DNA from: Longimicrobiales bacterium
Lineage (GTDB): Bacteria; Gemmatimonadota; Gemmatimonadetes; Longimicrobiales; Gaopeijiaceae
Assembly (NCBI GenBank): GCA_965249725.1
Contig: CBDFMQ010000002.1
Coordinates: 1,792,001 to 1,856,000 of the forward strand
Length of the DNA: 64,000 nt
Direction of reading: 5' to 3'
Numbering within the stretch: position 1 is the stretch's first letter; the number at the start of each line of letters is the position of its first letter. The notes below the pieces were generated by a model. That model saw only the letters and a program-made list of their open reading frames with translations, was not told the DNA's origin and did not search any database. Positions 27,620-37,183 of the stretch are shown here, in pieces. The translations under genes were made by a program, and so were the position numbers.

Positions 27620-29182
27620 ATGGCCTCCATGTATCCCGAAGAGTTCAATATCGCCGACTACTTCCTGGATGCTCGCATCCGAGAAGGACGGGGGAACCGC
27701 ATCGCCCTCCGAACGGACAACTGCGACTTCACCTACACCGAGGTCCAGGAACTCGCCAACCGCTTCGGTAACCTGTTGCGTGCCGCCGGCGTGGAGCCCG
27801 GACAGCGCGTCATTATTGCGCTTCCGGACGCCCCCGAATATGTGGCGGCCCTTTTCGGGGTGCTCAAGATCGGCGCCGTGGTAGTCATGGTCAACCCGGA
27901 CCTGAAGCCCGACGCCATCGAATATTTCTACCAGTACACAGGCGCGCAGGTCGCTCTGATCCACGTCGAGACGCAGGTTGCCTTCCACGAAGCAGCCCAG
28001 GCCGTCGAGACGCCCCCCCGTCTTCGCGTCGTGGGCGACCACGACTTCGCGACGTCGCTGGACGAAGCCTCCGCCGAGTTGGACAACTACGTGAGCCACC
28101 GGGACGACCCCGCGATCTGGCTGTTCTCGGGGGGCACGACCGGTCAGCCCAAGGCCGTGGTCCAACCACATCGTTCCTTCGCCAACACCACCGATCTATA
28201 TGCGAAGGGTCACCTCCTTTATACGGAGGACGACATCACCCTCTCCGTACCCAAGCTCTACTTCGGGTACGCCACCGGATCGAATCTCCTCTTTCCGTTC
28301 TCGGTGGGTGGGTCGGCCGTCCTCTTTCCGGAGCGGTGCGTGCCGGACGTCCTCTTCGAGAAGATTCGGCGCTACAGACCCACCATCCTCATCAACGTAC
28401 CCACGATGGTAAATCACATGGTGAGCCAAGACGATGCGCGCGCTCAGGACCTCTCATGCCTGCGGCTCGCGACTTCGGCCGGAGAGGCTCTCCCGATGGA
28501 ACTCCACAGCCAATGGAACGACGTCTTCGGTGTCGACCTCCTGGACGGACTCGGGACCGCCGAGATGTGGCACATCTTCCTCTCCAACCGGCCAGGCGAC
28601 GTACGCCCCGGCACGCTCGGAACGGTGGTGGAGGGATTCGAGGTGAAGGTCTGCGGTCCCGGGGGGAACGAGCTGGCCCCCGGAGAGGTCGGATTGCTCC
28701 GCGTCCGAGGGGACTCACGAGCGATCGGCTACTGGGAACAGCCCGAGAAGACGCGCGACGCCTTCGAGGGGAACTGGTATCTGTCCAGCGACATGGTCAG
28801 CCGAAGCGAAGAGGGTGTCTTCACCTATGCCGGTCGTTCCGACGACATGCTCAAGGTGTCCGGCAAGTGGCTCTCGCCAAAGGAAGTCGAGAACTGCCTC
28901 CTTCAGCACCCGGGGGTGGACGAATGCGCCGTGGTCGGGGTCGTCGTCGAGGGGGGACTGATCAAACCGCGTGCCTACGTCGTCCTCACAGAAGAGGCGG
29001 CAGGCCGGGAGCAGGATGAAGAGGCAGGAGGCCGACAGCAGGATGATCTGGCCGACGAGCTGAAGCTCTACGTGAAGGAGACGCTCGCACCCTACAAGTA
29101 TCCACGAGAGATCCACTTCATGGACGACCTTCCACGAACCCATCTGGGCAAAGTGGACAGGGGCAAGTTGCGGAGCATATGA
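27620..29182 (+). CDS. Benzoate-CoA-ligase-family protein, probably anthranilate-CoA ligase (AbmG-like)
   Basis: FNIADYFLD, FSGGTTGQPKAV, PKLYFGYATG, SAGEALP, DGLGTAEMWHIF, GRSDDMLKVSG, LPRTHLGKV. Confidence 0.92.
   Translation: MASMYPEEFNIADYFLDARIREGRGNRIALRTDNCDFTYTEVQELANRFGNLLRAAGVEPGQRVIIALPDAPEYVAALFGVLKIGAVVVMVNPDLKPDAIEYFYQYTGAQVALIHVETQVAFHEAAQAVETPPRLRVVGDHDFATSLDEASAELDNYVSHRDDPAIWLFSGGTTGQPKAVVQPHRSFANTTDLYAKGHLLYTEDDITLSVPKLYFGYATGSNLLFPFSVGGSAVLFPERCVPDVLFEKIRRYRPTILINVPTMVNHMVSQDDARAQDLSCLRLATSAGEALPMELHSQWNDVFGVDLLDGLGTAEMWHIFLSNRPGDVRPGTLGTVVEGFEVKVCGPGGNELAPGEVGLLRVRGDSRAIGYWEQPEKTRDAFEGNWYLSSDMVSRSEEGVFTYAGRSDDMLKVSGKWLSPKEVENCLLQHPGVDECAVVGVVVEGGLIKPRAYVVLTEEAAGREQDEEAGGRQQDDLADELKLYVKETLAPYKYPREIHFMDDLPRTHLGKVDRGKLRSI
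28991..29044 (+). repeat. 27-bp in-frame tandem duplication in the CoA ligase (EEAAGREQD/EEAGGRQQD)
   Basis: gaagaggcggcaggccgggagcaggat / gaagaggcaggaggccgacagcaggat. Confidence 0.8.
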
Positions 29183-31416
29183 ACATGACGTATCGCGGGA
29201 CACGACCACCGATCTCCACACAGATCTCCACACCGATCTCCACTCCGATCTCCACTAGGATCTCCATGTGGAGTGGCATCCTCACTGCGGCATTCCTGAT
29301 CGCCCCCACCCCCGGCGGCGGGCAAGAGGCGCTCACCATCGAGCGCATCGTCTCGCAGCCGTCACTCACCGGAACCGCGCCGTCCTCGCCGACCTGGTCG
29401 CCCGACAGCCGGCGGCTCGCATTCCTTTGGAACGACTCGGCGATGCCGCGTCGAGAGATATGGATCGTGGAAGGAGACGGTTCGGGGCTACGCCGCCTGA
29501 CCCGGGAGACTGAAGGCAGGGGAGGCGTGGGCTCGCTCGCCTGGACCCCGGATGCGTCGGCGCTCGTCTACCTCCGTTCGGGCGACGTATGGCGTATGCC
29601 CCTGGACGGTACAGACGGCGAGCGCCTCACCCGTACCGGAGGCGGGAAATCGAATCTCGCCGTGTCGCCGAACGGCCGATACGCTTCCTTCCTTCAAGAC
29701 GGGGACCTTTGGCTGCTCGAACTCGAAACCAGGGTCCTGACGCGAGCGACCGCGGTCGGCGTCCCCTCGATCTCCAGCGTTCCGCTCGGGCGATACAACC
29801 GTCCCGACGTCGAGATCGGTCCGTACGTCTGGGGCGGTCCTACCTACGCATGGGCCCCGGACAGCCGAACGATCGCGGTGCACTACGTCGACCGCCGGGA
29901 GATGCGCATCGTGCCCTTCCCGTACTACCTCGGGGACGAGACGCTGGTGAACAACCTTCGTCGGGGTTATCCCGGCGACCCGAACGAGCATCGCACGATC
30001 GGCTTCTACGAAGTAGAAAGCGGTGAGCTGTCTCTGTTGGACCTTCCCGACGCTGATGCGAACCGAGTCGTCGGCTTCTCCTGGTCACCGAGTGGGGCCC
30101 TACTGCTCGACAGAGAGTCCGACACGGCGGTCGATCGCTGGCTTCACCTCGTCGACCCCGCCAATGGGCAGATCGAGGAGATCTGGCACGACCGTCGAGA
30201 AACCCGTGTGTACACAGCAATCGCGTCCGGTTGGCACTCTGACGGTGAGCGTGTCGTGTTCCTCAGCGATATCGGCGACCGCTACGGGCTCTATCTCCTG
30301 GCTGGAGGAGACGAGGCCCCCACGCTGCTCACGTCAGGCCTCTTCGACGTCACGCGGGCACCGCACATCTCCGCCGCTTCGGCCACGATCTTCTACCAGT
30401 CCAACAACCCGAGCCCCTATGAGCGGCACGTCTACCGCATCTCCGACGAGGGTGGCGAGGCGACTAGAGTCACTCGCCTGCCGGGTCAACACCAACCGTA
30501 CCCGTCGCCCGACGGCACCCGTGTGGCGCTCCTCCACACGGACGACGTGAGTCCCACCGAGCTCTACCTGGCGGACGCAGGAGGTGACGAGCCCGAAGTT
30601 CGGATCACCACGTCTCCCCCACCGGAGTTCGGCCGTCGGACCTGGGCCCGGGCGCGTTACGTCACGTTCCCGAGTCGGATCGACGATTACACGCTGCACG
30701 CGCGCATCGTCGAGCCGGTCGACCTCGATCCCTCGAAACGATACCCCGTGGTGTTCGGCCCGGCGTATTCCAACACGGTGCGCAATCGCTGGGCCGGTAC
30801 GAACGGCACGCTTCACCAACTCCTGGTGGAACGCGGCTACATCGTGGTCCAGGTCGATGTGCGAGGCAGTACGGGATACGGCCGGGACTTTCGCGAGGAG
30901 TTCCTCATGGACTTCGGCGGAGAGGACGTCGACGACCTCCAGAGCGCCGTCGAGTACCTGTCCACGCTACCCTACGTGGACCCGGAGCGAGTAGGCATCT
31001 GGGGCAGCAGTTACGGAGGGACGCTCACGATCTACTCCCTCTTCACGAAGCCGGGACTCTTCGCGGCCGGAGTGGCAGGAGCGGCCGCCGTAGATCCTTA
31101 TTTCTTCGGCACGGATGATGTCGCCATCGCGCGGCGTCCGCAGAGCCACCCGGAGGCGTTCGCCCGGGGTGCGGCTCAGTATGCGGGCAACCTCGAGGAC
31201 CACCTCCTGATCATCCACGGCATGCAGGACGACGTGGTGCCCTTCAAGACCACGGTGGCGCTCGCCGAGGAGTTGATGCGCCTCGGCAAGGACTTCGACT
31301 TCGCCTTCGCTCCGGGTGCGACACACGGGTGGACGCGGCCACCTCACTACGCCCGGTATCTACTCGGAAAGCTGGTGGCGCACTTCGATCGGCATCTCGG
31401 CGCGGGACCTCGCTAG
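29179..31416 (+). CDS. S9 family peptidase (dipeptidyl-peptidase IV / prolyl oligopeptidase-like), secreted
   Basis: Beta-propeller WSPD/WTPD repeats, DVRGSTGYG, nucleophile GIWGSSYGG, IHGMQDDVV, His in ATHGW. Confidence 0.93.
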   Translation: MNMTYRGTRPPISTQISTPISTPISTRISMWSGILTAAFLIAPTPGGGQEALTIERIVSQPSLTGTAPSSPTWSPDSRRLAFLWNDSAMPRREIWIVEGDGSGLRRLTRETEGRGGVGSLAWTPDASALVYLRSGDVWRMPLDGTDGERLTRTGGGKSNLAVSPNGRYASFLQDGDLWLLELETRVLTRATAVGVPSISSVPLGRYNRPDVEIGPYVWGGPTYAWAPDSRTIAVHYVDRREMRIVPFPYYLGDETLVNNLRRGYPGDPNEHRTIGFYEVESGELSLLDLPDADANRVVGFSWSPSGALLLDRESDTAVDRWLHLVDPANGQIEEIWHDRRETRVYTAIASGWHSDGERVVFLSDIGDRYGLYLLAGGDEAPTLLTSGLFDVTRAPHISAASATIFYQSNNPSPYERHVYRISDEGGEATRVTRLPGQHQPYPSPDGTRVALLHTDDVSPTELYLADAGGDEPEVRITTSPPPEFGRRTWARARYVTFPSRIDDYTLHARIVEPVDLDPSKRYPVVFGPAYSNTVRNRWAGTNGTLHQLLVERGYIVVQVDVRGSTGYGRDFREEFLMDFGGEDVDDLQSAVEYLSTLPYVDPERVGIWGSSYGGTLTIYSLFTKPGLFAAGVAGAAAVDPYFFGTDDVAIARRPQSHPEAFARGAAQYAGNLEDHLLIIHGMQDDVVPFKTTVALAEELMRLGKDFDFAFAPGATHGWTRPPHYARYLLGKLVAHFDRHLGAGPR
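29209..29268 (+). repeat. 12-bp tandem repeat x5 (ccGATCTCCAca), encoding PIST
   Basis: ccgatctccaca, cagatctccaca, ccgatctccact, ccgatctccact, aggatctccatg. Confidence 0.9.
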
Positions 31417-32663
31417 AGTCGATCCACTCCCAGCGCCGCGGCGGGCAGCGTGGTGCGGCCCTCCAGCACCTGCTCCGAGATGATCTGGCCGGTCACGGGG
31501 CCCAGAGTGAGACCCAGCATCGCGTGGCCCGTGGCGACGAAGAGGCCGTCCTGTCCGGGGACCGGCCCCACGTAGGGCATCCCGTCGGGCGTACAAGGCC
31601 TTAGTCCGCACCATTCCGAGCGGGGCGGACCGTCACCCACCCCCGCCACATACTGCTGCGCGGCCGAGGTGAGTTGCTCCAGACGACTGCGCCGGAGTTC
31701 ATGGTTCAACCCCGAAAACTCGAGGGTGCCCGCAAGCCGGGTGAAATTGTCCAGCGGGGTGCAAAAAACCGAAGTCTCCGCGAGCACACAGTGGAGGCTC
31801 ATCGCAGGCGCTCCAGCCCCGGACTCGAGATCTCGGTGGTAGCCCTTCCCCGCCTGTACCGGGAGATGCAACCCGAACTTCGCAGTGAGCTCCTGGCTAT
31901 AGGCACCGGTGGCGAGCACGACGGTGTCCGCTTCTACGACGTCGCCGTCGCTGAGACGGACGCCCTTCACGCCCCCGCCGTTGCTCAGAAGCTCGACCAC
32001 GCCTCGGCCGGTCATGACCTCCGCGCCATATCGGACCGCGCGATCAGCCATCTCTACCACGAACCGATACGGATCACACGTGGCAGCGTCGGGAAAGTGG
32101 ATTCCCCCGACCACCCCGTCCAAGAGAGCGGGCTCGATGTCCTGCAGCTCCCCACCAGTCAGAACGCGAGGGTTGTAGCCGTGATCCCGCATCATCGATG
32201 CGTCTCGCTCGCCACCCTCGAGCCCCTTTTCCGTGTGGCAGATCTCGTAGTAGCCCTCTCGCTCGTATGTGCAGTCCAGGCTCTCTTCCTCGACCAGCGA
32301 GTCGAAGAGCGCGAGCGTGGCATGACCGAGGGGAGCGAGGGCACCCATGCTCACGCTCAGATGCTCGTCGGTGGAATACTGGCGGAAGGTCCAAAGCCAA
32401 CGGGCGAGCCCCGGATCCCAGCGTACGGGAATGTAGAGCGGGCTCTTGGGGTCCAGCAGGAGCTTCAGAGACTGGTGGATACGGCTGGGTTTGTTCAGCG
32501 GAGGATGTCCGGCCGCCACCGTGCCCGCGTTCCCATAGGAGGCCGCCTTCCCGACCTCGTCCCTGTCCACCAACATGACCCTCGCCCCTGCCTTGGCGAG
32601 GAAGTAGGCACAACAGGCCCCGATCACTCCGCCACCTACTATGACTACTCGCTTTTCAGACAC
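31413..32663 (-). CDS. D-amino acid dehydrogenase (DadA-like FAD oxidoreductase)
   Basis: GGGVIG, ASYGNAG, GKGY, WCGLRPCTPDG.P..G, ATGHAMLGLTLGP.TG. Confidence 0.92.
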   Translation of the reverse strand: MSEKRVVIVGGGVIGACCAYFLAKAGARVMLVDRDEVGKAASYGNAGTVAAGHPPLNKPSRIHQSLKLLLDPKSPLYIPVRWDPGLARWLWTFRQYSTDEHLSVSMGALAPLGHATLALFDSLVEEESLDCTYEREGYYEICHTEKGLEGGERDASMMRDHGYNPRVLTGGELQDIEPALLDGVVGGIHFPDAATCDPYRFVVEMADRAVRYGAEVMTGRGVVELLSNGGGVKGVRLSDGDVVEADTVVLATGAYSQELTAKFGLHLPVQAGKGYHRDLESGAGAPAMSLHCVLAETSVFCTPLDNFTRLAGTLEFSGLNHELRRSRLEQLTSAAQQYVAGVGDGPPRSEWCGLRPCTPDGMPYVGPVPGQDGLFVATGHAMLGLTLGPVTGQIISEQVLEGRTTLPAAALGVDRL

Positions 32664-32694
32664 GACCGCTCCGCTAGGTCACGGGTGTGGCCAT

Positions 32695-33159
32695 CTATTG
32701 CGGGACGACGAACCGCACGGTGTCGGCGACCCATGGGCTCAGCGGGATGTGCGCTCCATCACCGACCACGGCGATGACCATGTGCTCGCCCGGCGCCAGG
32801 TCGGTCAACTCCATCTCCGTCTGCGCTTGGCCCATGTGGATATGCACACCTGGTGTGGACGGGATCGGCACACCGGCCTCGGGAAGATCCGTATCGACCA
32901 CGAGGTGATGGTGGCCCGTGCCTTCGTCCATCGTCCCCGCAGGGGCGACGACCAGGTCGGACACGTCGAGCATGACGACGACTGAGTTACCTTCGATCAC
33001 GGCGTCGTTGGTAGGCTGGGTGATCATGACCGCGGGGACCGCCGGGGCCGGAAGAGCCTCGGCCGTCTCCGTCTCGTCCGCATCAGGTGAGCCTCCGCAT
33101 GCCGAGAGCACGAGTACGAAGGCTGTGGCGGTTGAAAGCGTTGCGGTTCGGGACGGCAT
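32695..33159 (-). CDS. DUF4399 domain lipoprotein
   Basis: Lipobox LSAC, PAG...GTGHHHLVVD, HMGQAQTE, LAPGEH...GDGAH. Confidence 0.85.
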   Translation of the reverse strand: MPSRTATLSTATAFVLVLSACGGSPDADETETAEALPAPAVPAVMITQPTNDAVIEGNSVVVMLDVSDLVVAPAGTMDEGTGHHHLVVDTDLPEAGVPIPSTPGVHIHMGQAQTEMELTDLAPGEHMVIAVVGDGAHIPLSPWVADTVRFVVPQ

Positions 33160-33451
33160 GGCAGGGCTCCTGGCGGGTGGAGAGGTCTCAAACGGTGGTC
33201 CAACCCAATGGCGGAACAACCTATTCGGTCGCCGCCGCTGTGGGCAATACGAGCCCTGGGCGAAAGCCACGACCCGGGCTAACGTAGATGCGAGTGTTGT
33301 ATCCGTCCCCGAGGGGTGACACGATGTGTCCGGTTTCAGCCACGAAGGAGCCCCCCTCGACCACGCTCAAGAGCGGTATCCATAGGCTTTAACGGTCGGC
33401 ACACAACTTGCTCCGGCCCTGGCAGGAACCCCTAGCAACCGAAGGACCAAC

Positions 33452-33820
33452 ATGCGCTCTTCCAGTGCGATCATCGGCCTCGCCCTTCTCCTCAGCGCTT
33501 GCGCCAGCGCCAGCGGCACGAGCAATCGGCAAAACAGAGACGTGATGACTCAGGCGCAGCTCCTCGAGACGGGGCAAACCAACGCGTACGATGCCGTTCG
33601 GAGCCTTCAGCCCCGGTGGCTCAGACCCGGCATGTCAGTCTACATCGACGGGGCCCCGGCGGCCGGCGGTCGCGAAGCGGGGCGGGATGAAGGTGTGGAC
33701 TACCTCCGCAACCTTCAGGTCACGAGCGTCCGGGAGATGCGCTACCTCGATCCCCGACTGGCATCGATTCGTTACGGAATGGGGATGGGGGTCGTCGTAG
33801 AAGTAACGATGGTCAGGTAG
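33452..33820 (+). CDS. Small lipoprotein with a stand-alone TonB-plug-like domain
   Basis: Lipobox LSAC; NAYDAVRSLQPRWL, VYIDG, EMRYL...A..RYG...VVEV pattern. Confidence 0.7.
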   Translation: MRSSSAIIGLALLLSACASASGTSNRQNRDVMTQAQLLETGQTNAYDAVRSLQPRWLRPGMSVYIDGAPAAGGREAGRDEGVDYLRNLQVTSVREMRYLDPRLASIRYGMGMGVVVEVTMVR

Positions 33821-35189
33821 CGGCCTCGCCATCCGCAGGCCGCCCTTCGGCGCTCCGGCGGAGGAACCCGTAGACCCACCATCCGGCACCTCCCAGGATG
33901 GCGATCAGTAGCAGCCATCCCAGCACGTTCACGAGTAGGGTGGTGTCGAGCGCCGGCCACCGGAACTGATACTGTATCAGGGCGCTCCCCCGTGCGGTCA
34001 TCCAGTGCCACCCGGTATGGGCTACGAGGGCCGATAGGATGATGGTCCCCATCCGCTCCGCGACCCCGTAGCGGAAGAGCGCCTCGAGCACCGGAACCAT
34101 CATCACGAGCACGAGCAGTTGTCCAAGTTCGACTCCCACGTTGAACGAAAGAAGCGACATCAACATGTGAGATCCGGCGAACTGGAGCGTCTCCCGCAGA
34201 GCGAACGAAAACCCGAATCCATGGATGAGGCCGAACCCGAGCGTGATTGCCCATCGACGATGAAGGCCGATCTTCCCCACGATGTTCTCAAGCGCCATGT
34301 AGACGATCGACGCGGCGATGAGGGTCTCGACCAACGGCGGGAACCACAGAGTATCCGGAGCCAGCCCGAAGGCGGACGCGATCAACGTGATCGAATGCGC
34401 CACAGTGAACGCCGTCACGATGACGATGAGGGGCTTCAGACGCCGGAACGGAATCACCAGGCAAAGCAGAAACAGCAGGTGGTCGATCCCGTCCAGGATG
34501 TGAAAGAAGCCGAGCTGGACGAACCGGAAGGCGGCCTGATGCCACCGCGGATCGAGCCGCACCACACCCATGTCACCGTTGTACTGAAAGGCCCGAACGG
34601 CCCCACTGGGCGGCATGAAGCGGAGCACGGTCACCACGCGCAGTGCGAGGCGCTCGAGCCCCGGACGGATCGAGAAGTCGGATTGATCCGATTCGATCGG
34701 GTATTCGAACAGGATGTCGAGCAGGGCCTGCTGCCAGTATAGCTGGGTCTCGTCGGGGAGCCGCGGGCCCGTGACGTGAGCCAACGCACCCGCGTAGGTC
34801 GCGAACGACTTGTCCGAGGGGATCGAAGCCAGCACGGCCACGAGTTCCTGGCCCTCGAGACGGGTACCGTTCTCGAAGATCTCGACCTCATCGCCGATCC
34901 ACTGCATGGCCGCATCACGGAGAGACGCCTCGGCGCGGGCTATATCCAGGTATCCAGGCCCGAGCAGAGGAAACTCCATGTCCTGCATGGCGGTGAGTGG
35001 CACCCGCACAAGAAGCCTCAGTGTCCGGCCCTCGGGTTTGACGATCGCCTGGACCGTCACGTCGCCCGGGATCTCGTGTAGGACGACCGGCGCCACGGCC
35101 GCAGAGCCCGTGGGACGTGCGAGGACCAAAGTGGCCGCCAGGGCGACCATCAGGCACACGTCCATGACTCTTGGGTTGATTCTCGGCAA
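33813..35189 (-). CDS. HupE/UreJ-family membrane protein with an extracytoplasmic N-terminal domain
   Basis: GFFHILDGIDHLLF, FTVAHSITL, FGLIHGFGF, FNVGVELGQ; start TTG 35189 or ATG 35165. Confidence 0.88.
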   Translation of the reverse strand: MPRINPRVMDVCLMVALAATLVLARPTGSAAVAPVVLHEIPGDVTVQAIVKPEGRTLRLLVRVPLTAMQDMEFPLLGPGYLDIARAEASLRDAAMQWIGDEVEIFENGTRLEGQELVAVLASIPSDKSFATYAGALAHVTGPRLPDETQLYWQQALLDILFEYPIESDQSDFSIRPGLERLALRVVTVLRFMPPSGAVRAFQYNGDMGVVRLDPRWHQAAFRFVQLGFFHILDGIDHLLFLLCLVIPFRRLKPLIVIVTAFTVAHSITLIASAFGLAPDTLWFPPLVETLIAASIVYMALENIVGKIGLHRRWAITLGFGLIHGFGFSFALRETLQFAGSHMLMSLLSFNVGVELGQLLVLVMMVPVLEALFRYGVAERMGTIILSALVAHTGWHWMTARGSALIQYQFRWPALDTTLLVNVLGWLLLIAILGGAGWWVYGFLRRSAEGRPADGEAAT

Positions 35190-35346
35190 GACTCGTCCTC
35201 TTTCCTTTCCCGACCCTGCACGGCCAGGAGACCCTACACGATCCTCGGCGCATTCGGGTGACCAATATACGGAATCTGGTTGTAAGGGCGACCGACTCGT
35301 ATACTGACCGTCCCGCTTCGCATGCACCTGGTATTCAGCACAGAGG

Positions 35347-36591
35347 ATGGCCATGAAATCGACGCGTAGTTTCCTCATTCTGGGAACCCTGCTCTCGCTC
35401 ACATCAGCGATGGGAGCGTGTGAGGGCGCACCGGATGCGGCCGCCGCTGCTGATGCTGGAGAGGCACCCATGTTCGAGGTGGACCCGTTCTGGCCCAAAC
35501 CCCTGCCGAACCATTGGCTTCAGGGTGCCACGATCGGTGTCGCTGTCGACTCTCGGGACCACGTGTGGATCGTGCACCGCAACACCCCGGATCAATTCGC
35601 CGCGCGCACCGAGATCGGTCTTGCGCAGGATCCGCCGCTGAGTGAGTGCTGCCAGCCAGCACCGCCGGTCCTCGAGTTCGATCCGGACGGCAACTTGGTG
35701 GGCTCGTGGGGTGGACCGTCCGACTCCGGGGAGTTCGAGTGGCCGCTGTCGAACCACGGCATCGAAGTGGACAACATGGACAACGTCTGGATCGGCGGGA
35801 ACGGACCCTCCGACTCCCATGTCCTGAAGTTCGCTCGGGACGGCACATTCCTGATGCAGATCGGACAGGCGGGAGCTCGGGTCACCGGCACGAGTCCTGA
35901 AGGCAGGGAGATCATCGAGCGGAACAGCATGGACATGGAGAGCTTTGGGCAGGTCGCAAAGGTCTCGTTCAATGCCGCCGACAACGAGATCTTCGTCGCG
36001 GACGGTTACCTGAACAAGCGCATCGTAGTGATCGACGCAAACACAGGGGACTTCAAGCGGTACTGGGGAGCGTACGGCAATCCGCCCAACGATGAAGAGG
36101 CGGCCGCCATGGGGCGCTATTCACCAGGCGATCCCCCCGCGCCGCAGTTCCGTGGGCCGGTTCACTGCGCCGAGCCGTCCAATGACGGTCTCGTCTATGT
36201 TTGCGACCGTGCTGCCGACCGCATTCAGGTCTTCCAGCTCGACGGCACATATGTGAGCGAGGTCTTCATCGCTCCGGCGACGCTATCCCAGGGCTCCACC
36301 TGGGACATCGCCTTCTCGCCGGATCCCGAACAGCGGTTCATCTATCTGGCCGATGGCCAGAACATGAAGGTGTACGTCATCGAACGTGAATCGATGGAGG
36401 TCTTGTACAGCTTCGGTGACGGTGGACGGCAGCCCGGGCTCTTCTTCGCGGTCCATAGCATCGCGACCGACTCGGAAGGCAACATCTATACGACCGAGAC
36501 CTACGAGGGTAAGCGGGTTCAGAAGTTCCTCTACCGCGGCATGGGCCCGGTCACGGCCGAGAACATCGGCGCTCCCTGGCCGGGTAACTAG
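35347..36591 (+). CDS. Secreted NHL-repeat beta-propeller (peptidylamidoglycolate-lyase-like)
   Basis: FEVDPFWPKPLP, GVAVDSRDHVW, IFVADGYLN.RI, VYVCDR..DRIQVF, HSIATDSEGNIYT.E. Confidence 0.85.
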   Translation: MAMKSTRSFLILGTLLSLTSAMGACEGAPDAAAAADAGEAPMFEVDPFWPKPLPNHWLQGATIGVAVDSRDHVWIVHRNTPDQFAARTEIGLAQDPPLSECCQPAPPVLEFDPDGNLVGSWGGPSDSGEFEWPLSNHGIEVDNMDNVWIGGNGPSDSHVLKFARDGTFLMQIGQAGARVTGTSPEGREIIERNSMDMESFGQVAKVSFNAADNEIFVADGYLNKRIVVIDANTGDFKRYWGAYGNPPNDEEAAAMGRYSPGDPPAPQFRGPVHCAEPSNDGLVYVCDRAADRIQVFQLDGTYVSEVFIAPATLSQGSTWDIAFSPDPEQRFIYLADGQNMKVYVIERESMEVLYSFGDGGRQPGLFFAVHSIATDSEGNIYTTETYEGKRVQKFLYRGMGPVTAENIGAPWPGN

Positions 36592-36808
36592 CAGAGCCCC
36601 GAGCGCCGTAAGCCCGAAAGGCATCGCCACCCTCGCGGCACTCACGGCATGTGGAGGCACACCCGGACCCGGCGACTCGGGCTACGCCTACAACGTGGAC
36701 GGAGCCTACACAGGGGCCGTGTCCGAAGGCGGAGACGGCCTGTCGGGACCCGTCACGATCGATGACTGCGGGCAGGTCTTGGGCGCGAGCGTCCGCTACA
36801 CACGGTAG
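36592..36808 (+). pseudogene. Remnant of a lipoprotein gene
   Basis: Lipobox-like LAALTAC followed by GGTPGPGDSGYAYNVDGAYTG...DCGQVLG. No in-frame start codon after the NHL gene; very short. Confidence 0.4.
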
Positions 36809-36823
36809 GCCGCGGAGCCCCAC

Positions 36824-36846
36824 ACTGTAGGGTGTTCCCCTACAGT
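36824..36846. repeat. Perfect hairpin ACTGTAGGG-N5-CCCTACAGT (REP-like, GTAG-containing)
   Basis: 9-bp perfect inverted repeat read directly. Confidence 0.6.
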
Positions 36847-37183
36847 TTCCGAATTCCTCGTGTTGGCGGCACCGGCCGATTTCACCGAGAACGCGCTCAT
36901 TGCGAGTCGCGACTGGGAGACGTTGTTCGAGAGAATCCGTTCGGCTGGGAGACGAGTCATAGTCGAAGCGAGGTCCGCTTCCTTCGTGCACCTCAAACGG
37001 GGGTGACGGCCACCGGCCGTCACCCCTTCTGCTTCCCGCCGGCCCCATTGCCCGCCCCAGCCCACGTGCGCACCTTCGAGGCCATCGTGCCGCGGGTTTC
37101 CCCTCGGGTGACGAGACACGGAATCCGTCGACAGAAAGTGCCGACGATCGACTGGTTGGACGGGGCCGCATGGAGAACGCTTC

